Shown piece by piece: positions 37,717 through 47,205 of a stretch of DNA of 64,000 bases. This DNA is from an uncultured Eubacteriales bacterium. Its GTDB lineage: Bacteria; Bacillota; Clostridia; Oscillospirales; CAG-382. The number at the start of each line of letters is the position of its first letter. Position 1 is the stretch's first letter. A program made the translations under genes and the position numbers. The DNA is taken from contig CAKSDR010000001.1 of the NCBI GenBank assembly GCA_934446095.1, positions 4,893 to 68,892 on the forward strand, written 5' to 3'. Under the pieces are notes generated by a model, which saw only the letters and a program-made list of their open reading frames with translations, had not been told where the DNA came from and ran no database searches.

Positions 37717-37749
37717 GAAAATTTCCGGCATATGCCGGAAATTTTTTTG
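37717..37749 (+). terminator. Intrinsic terminator ending the seven-gene operon
   Basis: Stem aaatttccggca-ta-tgccggaaattt followed by a T-run. Confidence 0.8.
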
Positions 37750-37812
37750 CGTTTGTGAAAAAAATAATTATGAATAAACTGTAAATAAACATAAGATATT
37801 TTAAAAAATCAA

Positions 37813-37851
37813 GAACACTTGTTTGACATTGCAAAAATTATATGCTATAAT
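37813..37851 (+). promoter_or_regulatory. lexA promoter with overlapping SOS (Cheo-type) box
   Basis: GAACACTTGTTT (GAAC-N4-GTTT) at 37813-37824 overlaps a perfect TTGACA (37823-37828), 17-nt spacer, TATAAT (37846-37851). Confidence 0.7.
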
Positions 37852-37931
37852 TGCAGTGTAATTAAGAAAAACTGTTTTATTTTAATAGAGTTTAATTTTG
37901 TTTGTAAATTATGGTTTAAGAGGTATAATGT

Positions 37932-38534
37932 ATGGCTGAAATGAAAACGAAAGAAAAAATGATTTTGGATTACATCGCGCGGACAATAAATCAGGAAGGG
38001 TATGCGCCTTCTGTAAGAGATATATGTCAGGCGCTCGGAATAAAATCAACATCAACCGTTCATATGTATCTTGAAAGACTTGAAAACAACGGTTATATAC
38101 AAAGACAAAGCGGAAAGAGCAGAACAATACGCCTTGAAAAGGCCAAAGACAGCGAGATAAGTTATAAAGTTCCGATTCTCGGGCAGGTAGCGGCAGGCCA
38201 GCCGATACTTACAATAGAAAACATGGAAGGATATATAGAATACACAACTTTCAAACACTACGACAATGACTCTTTGTTTGCGCTCAGGATATCCGGAAAC
38301 AGCATGATTGAAGCAGGTATACTTAACGGAGATATAGTAATCGTCGAACAGAGGACATATGCCGATAACGGCGATATAGTTGTCGCTATGATAGATGACA
38401 GCGCGACAGTAAAAAGATTTTTCAAGGAAAAAGGAAGATACAGACTTCAGCCGGAAAACTCTCAGATGGCTCCGATCTTTACCGACGAGGTTGTAATTTT
38501 GGGAAAAGTTATTGCAAGTCTTAGATATTATTAA
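37932..38534 (+). CDS. lexA: LexA repressor
   Basis: N-terminal winged HTH, AG cleavage region (QVAAGQP), catalytic Ser (SGNSM) and Lys (VKRF). Confidence 0.95.
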   Translation: MAEMKTKEKMILDYIARTINQEGYAPSVRDICQALGIKSTSTVHMYLERLENNGYIQRQSGKSRTIRLEKAKDSEISYKVPILGQVAAGQPILTIENMEGYIEYTTFKHYDNDSLFALRISGNSMIEAGILNGDIVIVEQRTYADNGDIVVAMIDDSATVKRFFKEKGRYRLQPENSQMAPIFTDEVVILGKVIASLRYY

Positions 38535-38562
38535 TAATTATAATCTAATTTGAACACAGTAT

Positions 38563-38592
38563 AAAGAAACCGTAAAAACGGTTTCTTTTTTT
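38563..38592 (+). terminator. Intrinsic terminator after lexA
   Basis: Stem aaagaaaccg-taaaaa-cggtttcttt followed by a T-run. Confidence 0.8.
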
Positions 38593-38789
38593 GTTGGGTT
38601 TGGAAATGTTCTGGGAGTTTTTGTTGAAAATCACCTGTATATCACATAAAAAGACGGAAGTATTTGTATAGTGTTCAAAAAATGTTAATAAACAAATGTT
38701 ACAATTAAAAAGTATATTTTTATTCTTTTTTATAAATTTTCATGTGATTTTCCAAAGATCAAAAAAGGAAAACCGGAAAGGATTAACTG

Positions 38790-39779
38790 ATGATAGAAGT
38801 AGAGCATATAGTAAAAAAGTATGCTTCGGTTGTTGCGATTGATGATATTTCGTTTAAGGTTGAAACGGGCGAAATAGTAGGATTCCTAGGACCAAACGGC
38901 GCCGGCAAGAGCACTATGATGAATATTATTACGGGATATCTTTCTGCAACATCGGGAAATGTAAGGGTAGACGGTATAGATATTCTTGAAAATCCTATAG
39001 AAGCAAAAAAGAAAATAGGATTTTTGCCGGAAATTCCGCCGCTGTACCTCGATATGACAGTCAAAGAATATCTGAATTTTGTATACGAACTTAAACAGTG
39101 TAAACTGTCAAGACAGGAACACATAGATGAAATTTGCAGAGTCGTAAAAATAGAAGACGTGTATAACCGCGTTATAAAGCACCTTTCAAAAGGTTACCGT
39201 CAGCGTGTCGGCATAGCTCAGGCGCTTGTCGGAAATCCGCCTGTTATAATATTTGATGAACCCACAGTAGGTCTTGACCCTGTGCAGATAATTGAGATAA
39301 GAAATCTTATAAAAACGCTGGGGAAAAAGCACACCGTAATACTCAGCACTCATATATTATCCGAGGTGCAGTCTGTATGCGACAGGGTAATCGTAATAAA
39401 TAAGGGCAAACTTGCGGCAGATGAAAAAACCGTTGAACTTCAAAAAGACAGCGACAGCACAATAAAATATTCCGCAAAAATCTGCGGTCCGCGGACACTT
39501 GTGCTGAAGGCGATAAGAGGTCTTGACGGCGTTATAAAAGCAGGATGCGCAGGCGCGGGAGAAGAAAATAGCCTTATATATATCTTTGAGGCAGAATCCT
39601 GTGCAGAAATAAGAAAACCGCTGTTTTCCATACTTTCGGAACATGGCTGGCCTCTTGTCGGGCTTGAAAAGGCTGACGCAAGCCTTGAGGATGCTTTTAT
39701 GAGAATCGTATCTGACGCCGATGACGGCGCGGAAGAGGAAAATTCACAGACCGGCAAAAACGACGTGCAGGAGGGATAA
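38790..39779 (+). CDS. ABC-2-type transporter ATP-binding protein (GldA-like)
   Basis: Walker A GPNGAGKST, signature LSKGYRQR, Walker B IIFDEP and a C-terminal extension. Confidence 0.9.
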   Translation: MIEVEHIVKKYASVVAIDDISFKVETGEIVGFLGPNGAGKSTMMNIITGYLSATSGNVRVDGIDILENPIEAKKKIGFLPEIPPLYLDMTVKEYLNFVYELKQCKLSRQEHIDEICRVVKIEDVYNRVIKHLSKGYRQRVGIAQALVGNPPVIIFDEPTVGLDPVQIIEIRNLIKTLGKKHTVILSTHILSEVQSVCDRVIVINKGKLAADEKTVELQKDSDSTIKYSAKICGPRTLVLKAIRGLDGVIKAGCAGAGEENSLIYIFEAESCAEIRKPLFSILSEHGWPLVGLEKADASLEDAFMRIVSDADDGAEEENSQTGKNDVQEG

Positions 39780-39781
39780 AA

Positions 39782-40495
39782 ATGATTGCAATATACAAAA
39801 GGGAAATGAAGGCATATTTCGCCTCTGCCATAGGATATATTTTTTCGGCGGTATTTTTCGCTCTTTCAGGCTTGATTTTCTCGCTTACAACTTTGTTTAT
39901 GCGCACATCAGAGCCTTCAAATTATTTTGTAATTATGATGTTTTTATTCATAATACTGATTCCGATACTTACAATGAAACTTTTTTCCGAAGAAAGAAAA
40001 CTGAAGACGGAACAAATTCTGCTTACCTCGCCCGTAAGTCTATTCGGAATGGTTTTTGCAAAATTTGCAGCGGCATTTACGATGTTTGCGGGGACATTTA
40101 TCGCCTCTTGTCTTGTAAACTTTGTAACGCTTGCGGCGATTTCTAAAAAGAGTTTGAATATAGGCAGCATTGCGGGCAGCGTTATAGGCATTTTGTTTAT
40201 AGGCGGAGTATTTATTTCAATAGGAATACTTTTGTCGTCGCTTACCGAAAATCAGTTGATTGCGGCAGTTTCAACGATCGGAACAATAATATTTATGCTT
40301 TCCCTGCAGTTTATAACTTCTATATTTGACTCACCGGCGGTAAGAAACGTTATAAAATGGTTCTCCGTAATAGACAGATTTACCTATTTTACAAACGGAA
40401 TATTTTCTGTATCGGCAATTATATTTTTTATAAGCCTTATTATAATTTTTCTTTTTCTCACAATACGAGTATTTGAAAAACGCCGTTGGGAGTAA
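39782..40495 (+). CDS. ABC-2 family permease (GldF-like)
   Basis: 237 aa with six TM segments. Its N-terminus MIAIYKREMKAYFASAIGYIF is typical of ABC-2/GldF permeases. Confidence 0.75.
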   Translation: MIAIYKREMKAYFASAIGYIFSAVFFALSGLIFSLTTLFMRTSEPSNYFVIMMFLFIILIPILTMKLFSEERKLKTEQILLTSPVSLFGMVFAKFAAAFTMFAGTFIASCLVNFVTLAAISKKSLNIGSIAGSVIGILFIGGVFISIGILLSSLTENQLIAAVSTIGTIIFMLSLQFITSIFDSPAVRNVIKWFSVIDRFTYFTNGIFSVSAIIFFISLIIIFLFLTIRVFEKRRWE

Positions 40496-40512
40496 AGGGG
40501 AAGGAAAGCAGT

Positions 40513-42018
40513 ATGAATAATTTTTTCAATAAAGAAATTTTTAAGACCAGAAAATTTAAATACGGCTCTGTCGCAACTGCATTTATTGTGATTTTTATAG
40601 CACTGATACTTGTAATAAATGTTATAATAACCGCGCTTGACAACAAGTTCGGTTTGTATATCGATACCACAAAGGAAAAAATTTATGATGTTGGCGACGA
40701 GTCCAGGGCAATACTTGATTCGATAGACAGCGATATTGAAATAATTTTTTGCCGCGATAGGGATAAACTTGCAAGCAATACATATATGAACATGGTAGTT
40801 ACCCTTGCGGAAAATTATGAAAGACTTTACCCGAACATTAAGGTGAAATTCTGCGATATTGCGCGAAATCCTAAGGAAGTTGAAAAATTTAAGGAAACAA
40901 CCTCATCAAAATTATATGCGACAAGCGTTATCGTAAACTGTCCGGATACCGGCAAATATAAAGTTTATACGAATAACACAGCTTTCTTTACATTTACCGA
41001 AAATAACACTTCTGCTCCTTACGGATTTAACGGCGAGATGAGGTTTACCTCGGCGATAATTTCGGTTACGGGTTCCGCAAATGACAAGATAGTGTTTACC
41101 GTGGGTCACGGAGAAACGGTATCTTCGTCATCGTTTATAGAAATATTCCAGAACGCAGGATATTCCGCGGATTCAGTTTTAAGCATAGACTTGTCCACCC
41201 AGGATATTCCCGATAATACAAAACTTGTAATAATCAGCAATCCTCTGTATGACTTTGCAGGTGAGGCAGAAGAACTTTCGGGAAGCGTCAATGAAATCTC
41301 AAAACTTAAAAAATATCTTAATTCTTTCGGAAATTTGTTTGTTCTCATAAATAATCAGACCGAAGAACTTCCGGAAATCTCTGAACTTTTAAAAGAAGAT
41401 TACGGAATTTCATGGCACAGCGGAGAAACCGTAAAAGACACAGAAAAATCGGTATCTGCCGATGGGCTCGGTATAATTTCACAATACAACGATTCCGAGG
41501 ACGATACATACGCATATAAAATCACAAAGGAAATAACAAGCGCTTCTTCATCAAAGACTGTAATGAGCAACACAACGCCGCTGTATATTAATAAGGATAA
41601 ACAGTCGCTGAAGGTTTCTCCGGTGCTGATGTCGTCGGACAAGGCGCAGGTTACATTGCTTGGCAAGGAAATATCAAAAGGACAGTCTGTTCTTATGGCT
41701 GTTTCAACTTATACGCAGTATGTAAATAACGAAGAAAAAACTTCAAATGTTATAGTGTCCGGTTCAACGGACTTTTCATCTGCGTCATATATTTCTTCCG
41801 CTACATATGCAAACGCCGATGTGGTATACAGTATACTGAAACTTGCCGGCAGACAGCAAGTTCCTATAAACATTGAATTCCGTCCGTTTGAAGACACGGG
41901 TATTTCCGACATCAGCATGTCGAGCATTAAAAACACAGCTGTTGTGCTTTCACTTGTATTTCCGGCGATTATACTTGCTGCAGGCATTGTCGTATGGAGA
42001 AGGAGAAAGTCCTTATGA
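40513..42018 (+). CDS. GldG-like ABC-transporter auxiliary protein (bitopic, large extracytoplasmic domain)
   Basis: N- and C-terminal TM anchors flank a ~440-aa domain. It holds the position and architecture of GldG in gldAFG loci. Start set to ATG 40513. Confidence 0.7.
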   Translation: MNNFFNKEIFKTRKFKYGSVATAFIVIFIALILVINVIITALDNKFGLYIDTTKEKIYDVGDESRAILDSIDSDIEIIFCRDRDKLASNTYMNMVVTLAENYERLYPNIKVKFCDIARNPKEVEKFKETTSSKLYATSVIVNCPDTGKYKVYTNNTAFFTFTENNTSAPYGFNGEMRFTSAIISVTGSANDKIVFTVGHGETVSSSSFIEIFQNAGYSADSVLSIDLSTQDIPDNTKLVIISNPLYDFAGEAEELSGSVNEISKLKKYLNSFGNLFVLINNQTEELPEISELLKEDYGISWHSGETVKDTEKSVSADGLGIISQYNDSEDDTYAYKITKEITSASSSKTVMSNTTPLYINKDKQSLKVSPVLMSSDKAQVTLLGKEISKGQSVLMAVSTYTQYVNNEEKTSNVIVSGSTDFSSASYISSATYANADVVYSILKLAGRQQVPINIEFRPFEDTGISDISMSSIKNTAVVLSLVFPAIILAAGIVVWRRRKSL

Positions 42019-43469
42019 TAAAAAAACAATTAAAATTAATTGTGATATTATTTATATCGGCAGTGATTCTGATAACGGGATTTTTAATATTAAAACCGCA
42101 TATTTTGAAAAGTACTTCTGAAGACGAAGAACGGTATGACAAAGACGGTGATAAACTCGTCGGCACATCCGGCGCGGTTTATGTCTTTGAACCTGCGGAT
42201 TTTGAAAAGGTGAGCAGCGTTGAAATAAAAAATTACGGCGAGCCTTGGATAAAATTGTACAGAACTGAAGACGGCGGCAGTTTTTTCATTCAGGGATACG
42301 AGCAGTATGCTTATGACAGCGCAAGTATAAGCACGCTTGTGCACGCATGCTGCAGTCTTACCGCTGCGGAAAAAGTAAATGATCCGAAGGATTTTAAAGA
42401 GTATGGAATAGACGGAGAAAACAGCGCGGCAAGCGTTACTGTGACATTAAATGATAACACGGCCTATAAATTTTATGTAGGCGATAAACTTGTAACCGGC
42501 AATGCGTATTATGTTGAATACGAGGGCAAACCTTATTTATATGCCGTAACGACGGATATTGAACTTTTGTTTTCCGACACCGGAACATTGTTTGCAACCG
42601 CGTTGTCACAAAATGTTCCGGCAAGCGATAATTATAATGTTACCGATTTTAAATTGTACCGCAACAATGAACTTTTTTTGAACATTCAGAGAATACCTGA
42701 CGAGAATATAGACAAAAACGACGCATTCAATTATTTTAAAATGGTATATCCCGAGGGCTACAGAGTGTCCGGAACAAACTACTCGAGCGTGCTTGAAACT
42801 TTTTCGGACTGGCAGAACGAAGAAGTCATAACGGTTGAAATTTCGGATGATAAACTTCGCGAATATGATCTTTCGGAGCCTTTATATGAAATTGATTACA
42901 CATATAAAGACCACGAGAGCAAAATCTATTTCGGAAGCAAAACCGACGACGGATATATCTACACTCTTTCGGCAGATTATATGACGATAGGCAAAATTCC
43001 CTTCGAAAAGGTATCTTTCCTTGATTACGATGTTATTTTCTTCACTGACATGTTTTTGTATACAAAAAATATTGACGCCGTGTCCGAAATTTCGGTAAAA
43101 TCAAAGGATATTGACGCGGCATTTGCACTTTCGGGAGAGGGAAACGAACTTACAGTTACAAGAAAAAGAACGGGAGAGGCAATAGATACAAGAAATTTCA
43201 GACAGTTTTATATGACTTTTCTTATGGCAAAAGCCGAAGGAATAAGCGACATAAAGTCGCAGGATAATCTTGTTCTGACGATTGCCGTAACCGAAAAGGA
43301 CGGAAGTTCCAAAGTATTTAACTTTTATTCAGTTTCCACGAGAAAATGTTTTTACACGGTAAACGGCATCGGTTCTTTTTATGTAAGCAGAGACTGCGTT
43401 GACAAAATAATAAGCGATGCCGGAAAACTCATAAACGGCGAAAGCATAGATTCGTTTCAAAAGGAATAA
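42015..43469 (+). CDS. DUF4340-like membrane-anchored protein
   Basis: N-terminal TM plus a 450-aa extracytoplasmic domain. ATGA overlap with the gldG-like stop. DUF4340 proteins commonly follow gldG homologues, as far as I recall. Confidence 0.6.
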   Translation: MIKKQLKLIVILFISAVILITGFLILKPHILKSTSEDEERYDKDGDKLVGTSGAVYVFEPADFEKVSSVEIKNYGEPWIKLYRTEDGGSFFIQGYEQYAYDSASISTLVHACCSLTAAEKVNDPKDFKEYGIDGENSAASVTVTLNDNTAYKFYVGDKLVTGNAYYVEYEGKPYLYAVTTDIELLFSDTGTLFATALSQNVPASDNYNVTDFKLYRNNELFLNIQRIPDENIDKNDAFNYFKMVYPEGYRVSGTNYSSVLETFSDWQNEEVITVEISDDKLREYDLSEPLYEIDYTYKDHESKIYFGSKTDDGYIYTLSADYMTIGKIPFEKVSFLDYDVIFFTDMFLYTKNIDAVSEISVKSKDIDAAFALSGEGNELTVTRKRTGEAIDTRNFRQFYMTFLMAKAEGISDIKSQDNLVLTIAVTEKDGSSKVFNFYSVSTRKCFYTVNGIGSFYVSRDCVDKIISDAGKLINGESIDSFQKE

Positions 43470-43487
43470 AACTGAAAGGCGATTTAC

Positions 43488-44717
43488 ATGAAAGACAAAA
43501 AGAAAACCGATATTATAATTTATATTGTTACGATTGTTTTATCGGTGTTGTTTATAGTTTTGGGAAATAAAATTGTTACGGGCAAGGAGTCACTCGTAGG
43601 TTACGAAGATGACGGTACGGAAATTTTAAAAGTTGTTGTCACAAAGGTATCTCCCACAGAAGAAAATGCCGACAGTTGGAACGGGTATACCGAAAAAGTT
43701 ACTTTTTTTGAAGGACAGGTAATTTCAGGCGCGAAAAAAGGGCAGACGGTAGTTGCAGTGCAGCAGAACGACGATTACTTTAATCCGGATGCCGAAACCG
43801 TAAAATTAAAAGATAAAGTTATTTTAAATTCAAATTCGTATATAGACGGCGCCGACTATATCATGACAGACTACGCAAGAAGCGATTATATGATATTTCT
43901 TATGGCACTTTTCTGCGTCAGCCTTGTGATTTTCGGCAGGTTCAAAGGCTTTAGTACCCTTATATCGCTTGCGTTTACCGTTGCATCTGTAATTTTTATA
44001 TTTATCCCGGGAATTTTGCATGGCGCAAATATTTATGTGACGGCATTTGCAGTATGCGTTTATATGATAGTTATGACGCTTGTTATTGTCAGCGGAATAA
44101 ATAAAAAGTGCCTTTGCGCCATAATAGGCTGCACTTTCGGTACTATGACGATTGCGGCAATTTATTTTATATCCGACGCGATTATAAATCTTACGGGCTA
44201 TCTTAACGATACTTCAATATATATACATATGCTGAACAATGAAAATCCGATAGACTTAAAGGCGATAATTTTCGGTTCGATTTTAGTTGGGGCTGTGGGT
44301 GCCGTTATGGACGTTGCAATGTCATTGTCATCATCGCTTTATGAACTTTATAACGAAATCGAAAATCCGACATTTGGAGTTCTTATGCGTTCCGGAATGA
44401 ATATCGGACGGGATATGATGGGTACGATGTCAAATACGCTGATACTTGCGTACATCGGAAACTCGCTGCCGGTCTTGCTTATGATGATAGCGACCGTCTC
44501 GTCATCAATGGACTTTTTCAACAGGGAACTTATAGTTGTAGAAATGCTGAAATCTTTGTCGGGAAGTCTTGGAATACTGCTTACAATACCTCTTACGTCT
44601 TTTGTTTGTTCAGCCATATATTGCGGCAACAGACGAAAAAAGAACGATTCTTCAGAGGAGCCCGGAAGTTTTTCGGGAGATCCTTTTTCAGAGGAAAACG
44701 TAAAAAAATTTATGTAA
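43488..44717 (+). CDS. YibE/F family polytopic membrane protein
   Basis: N-terminal TM plus an extracytoplasmic domain, then about 7 TM segments with GAVGAVMDVAMSLSSSLYEL and GRDMMGTMSNTLILAYIG motifs. Confidence 0.8.
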   Translation: MKDKKKTDIIIYIVTIVLSVLFIVLGNKIVTGKESLVGYEDDGTEILKVVVTKVSPTEENADSWNGYTEKVTFFEGQVISGAKKGQTVVAVQQNDDYFNPDAETVKLKDKVILNSNSYIDGADYIMTDYARSDYMIFLMALFCVSLVIFGRFKGFSTLISLAFTVASVIFIFIPGILHGANIYVTAFAVCVYMIVMTLVIVSGINKKCLCAIIGCTFGTMTIAAIYFISDAIINLTGYLNDTSIYIHMLNNENPIDLKAIIFGSILVGAVGAVMDVAMSLSSSLYELYNEIENPTFGVLMRSGMNIGRDMMGTMSNTLILAYIGNSLPVLLMMIATVSSSMDFFNRELIVVEMLKSLSGSLGILLTIPLTSFVCSAIYCGNRRKKNDSSEEPGSFSGDPFSEENVKKFM

Positions 44718-44718
44718 T

Positions 44719-44750
44719 AAAACCGCAGGCATATGCCTGCGGTTTTATTT
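44719..44750. terminator. Bidirectional intrinsic terminator
   Basis: aaaaccgcaggc-atat-gcctgcggtttt. Overlaps the stop of the convergent AI-2E gene. Confidence 0.8.
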
Positions 44751-45881
44751 GCCTCTTTTATATTTTTTATATTTTTTCCTTGTTTCGCAAAGTTCATCGC
44801 ACGGAAGATTTTGCGGATTTTTATAAAGATGAATAAATCCCGATTCGTTTAGATTTTTTATAACAATAATAATTGCGGGAAGCAGGAAAAGTCCTGTGAT
44901 GCCGAAAAGATAAAACCCTATATACACCGATATCAGCGATACTACAGGATAAAGACCCGTAAGTTCTCCTATTATCTTCGGTTCGCAGATGTGCCGCACG
45001 ATAAGCATTGCTATATATAAAAATATAAGTTCTGTTCCCAAAAGAGTGTTACCCGAAATGTAATTTATAAGCGACATAGGAATAAGAACGGTTCCGACGC
45101 CGAGCACCGGCAGAATATCTATAAAAGTAATTGCAAACGACGCTATAAAGGCGTATTCGATTTTAAACAGGGTAAAAGCGCACAGAAGTTCAAGAAAGGT
45201 AATTACCGCAAGAATTATATAAGCCTTAATATATTTAAAAACAACATCATAAAGCTGATTTTTTGCCTTTGACATAAAAAGTTTGATGTTCAAAGGGAAC
45301 TGCGAAAGAAAAAATATATTTATTTTTTTAATATCGCACATAAAATATATTGATGATATGACAAATACAACAAAACAAAAAATAAAATATGGGATAAAAC
45401 TGAAAATTTTTCCGATAAATTCCGTGATTTTCGGAGTAAGGCTTGATAAAAACGACGTCAAGAGGTTTGAAATTTTAAGGCCGCCGTTTTCAAGTTCTGA
45501 TGCAAAACCATAATTTTTTATATATTTATTTGAATAAACAAAATTTTTTACTTTTTCTATATAACCCGGAATATCTTTTATTAAATTTTCAAATACTCCG
45601 TCGAGATTTGATACTTCAAAAAACAACCTGTCAAAAATTATCAGCATAAGCGCAAGAATTGTCAGCGTTATAAATATAACGAGAAAAAAAGCTGATATTT
45701 TTTTCGGTATGCCGAACTCTTTCGAAAGAAAATAAACGCAGCAGTGAAATACATGTGCGAAAAAATATGCAAGCAAAAACGGGAAAACCAGTACAAAAAT
45801 GTATTTTATAAATACATATATTAAGATGGCAAGAACCAGAAATTTTATTGACTGTATTGCAAAATTTTTATATTTTATCAT
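44745..45881 (-). CDS. AI-2E family transporter (YtvI/PerM-like integral membrane protein)
   Basis: 378 aa, 8 TM segments, a characteristic central loop and C-terminal PVLGVGTVLIP..GEL.G motifs. Confidence 0.75.
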   Translation of the reverse strand: MIKYKNFAIQSIKFLVLAILIYVFIKYIFVLVFPFLLAYFFAHVFHCCVYFLSKEFGIPKKISAFFLVIFITLTILALMLIIFDRLFFEVSNLDGVFENLIKDIPGYIEKVKNFVYSNKYIKNYGFASELENGGLKISNLLTSFLSSLTPKITEFIGKIFSFIPYFIFCFVVFVISSIYFMCDIKKINIFFLSQFPLNIKLFMSKAKNQLYDVVFKYIKAYIILAVITFLELLCAFTLFKIEYAFIASFAITFIDILPVLGVGTVLIPMSLINYISGNTLLGTELIFLYIAMLIVRHICEPKIIGELTGLYPVVSLISVYIGFYLFGITGLFLLPAIIIVIKNLNESGFIHLYKNPQNLPCDELCETRKKYKKYKRGK

Positions 45882-45930
45882 ATTATCCCCGTATTGCAGA
45901 AAATTTCACATATTTATTTTTCCGACATTA

Positions 45931-45959
45931 TTGATTTTAATTCATATATATGATAAAAT
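45931..45959 (+). promoter_or_regulatory. Candidate sigma-A promoter for hom
   Basis: TTGATT, 17-nt spacer, TAAAAT with an extended -10 TG. Confidence 0.45.
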
Positions 45960-45994
45960 AATATATTAAAAAAGTAATTTGTGGAAGGTATATA

Positions 45995-47185
45995 ATGAGG
46001 ATAAATATTGCGATTTTGGGATTCGGTGTTGTGGGTTCAGGCGTTGCGGAAGTAATAAAAATGAATTCCGAAACTCTTGCGGCAAGACTTTCAGGCGAAA
46101 AACTTCACGTTAAATATATTTTTGACAGAAAAACATTTCCCGGTCATGAACTGAACGACAGGGTAACCACGGATTTTGACAAAATCATAAACGACGAGGA
46201 AGTTTTGATAGTTGTTGAAACGATGGGCGGCGCGGATTTTGCATATGAATGCGCAAAAAAGGCGCTATGCGCAGGGAAAAGCGTTGTCACATCAAATAAG
46301 GAATGCGTTGCGAAATACGGTTACGAATTGTTGAAACTCGCGCGCGAAAACAATGTAAGTTATTTGTTCGAAGCAAGTGTCGGCGGCGGTATACCGATAA
46401 TAAGACCTATGTGGCAGTGCCTTGCGGCAAATGAAATTTTGTCTGTTGCGGGAATACTTAACGGTACGACAAACTTTATACTTACAAAAATGATAAGAGA
46501 CAATGAGAGTTTTGAAACCGCGCTGAAACAGGCTCAAAGCCTCGGATATGCGGAGGCAAATCCGACAGCCGATATTGAGGGGCACGATACATGCAGAAAA
46601 ATTTGTATTCTTGCCTCGCTTGCTTTCGGATATCATGTTTTTCCCGAACAGGTTCACTGCGAAGGAATTATGAATGTTTCTTTGCCTGATATATTCTGCG
46701 CTTCAAAACTCGGTTACGGAATAAAACTTATCGGAAAGACAGAAAAAACTCCCGACGGCGTATATGTAATAACATGCCCGTCGCTTGTAAAAAGAGAAGA
46801 TACCCTTGCCGGCATAAACGATGTATATAACGGCATTGAAGTTACCGGAAACGCTGTAGAAAAAGTTACTTTCTGCGGGAGAGGCGCCGGCAAAATTCCG
46901 ACGGCAAGCGCGGTTATGGCGGATGTTCTTGATATCATACGCGACTGCAAAAAAAATATAGGCTGGGAATATACGGACAAAAAATTCCTTTGCGATTATA
47001 AAAACTATAAGTTAAAATATTTTGTAAGAACAAACGACGAGAATGCAAAGAATTATTTTGATTTAAGCGGTTGTTATCAAAAAGACGGCGAGTATGCATT
47101 TATTACTCATAAGGATACCGAAAAAAATCTTGACGGACTGCTTGAAAAAATAAATATTATTTCAAAAATAAGAGTGTTGCTGTAA
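45995..47185 (+). CDS. hom: Homoserine dehydrogenase
   Basis: N-terminal Rossmann GFGVVGSG and catalytic-domain motifs (EASVGGGIPII, NGTTNFILT, EADP..DIEG.D). Confidence 0.9.
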   Translation: MRINIAILGFGVVGSGVAEVIKMNSETLAARLSGEKLHVKYIFDRKTFPGHELNDRVTTDFDKIINDEEVLIVVETMGGADFAYECAKKALCAGKSVVTSNKECVAKYGYELLKLARENNVSYLFEASVGGGIPIIRPMWQCLAANEILSVAGILNGTTNFILTKMIRDNESFETALKQAQSLGYAEANPTADIEGHDTCRKICILASLAFGYHVFPEQVHCEGIMNVSLPDIFCASKLGYGIKLIGKTEKTPDGVYVITCPSLVKREDTLAGINDVYNGIEVTGNAVEKVTFCGRGAGKIPTASAVMADVLDIIRDCKKNIGWEYTDKKFLCDYKNYKLKYFVRTNDENAKNYFDLSGCYQKDGEYAFITHKDTEKNLDGLLEKINIISKIRVLL

Positions 47186-47205
47186 CAAAAAACGAGGTGT
47201 GAAAT

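Noticed and set aside
25576-44750. Whether the two accessory operons sit on a genomic island or mobile element.
   Set aside because: There are no integrase, transposase, tRNA or flanking direct repeats. Composition looks similar to neighbouring housekeeping genes. lexA sits between the two operons with its own signals.
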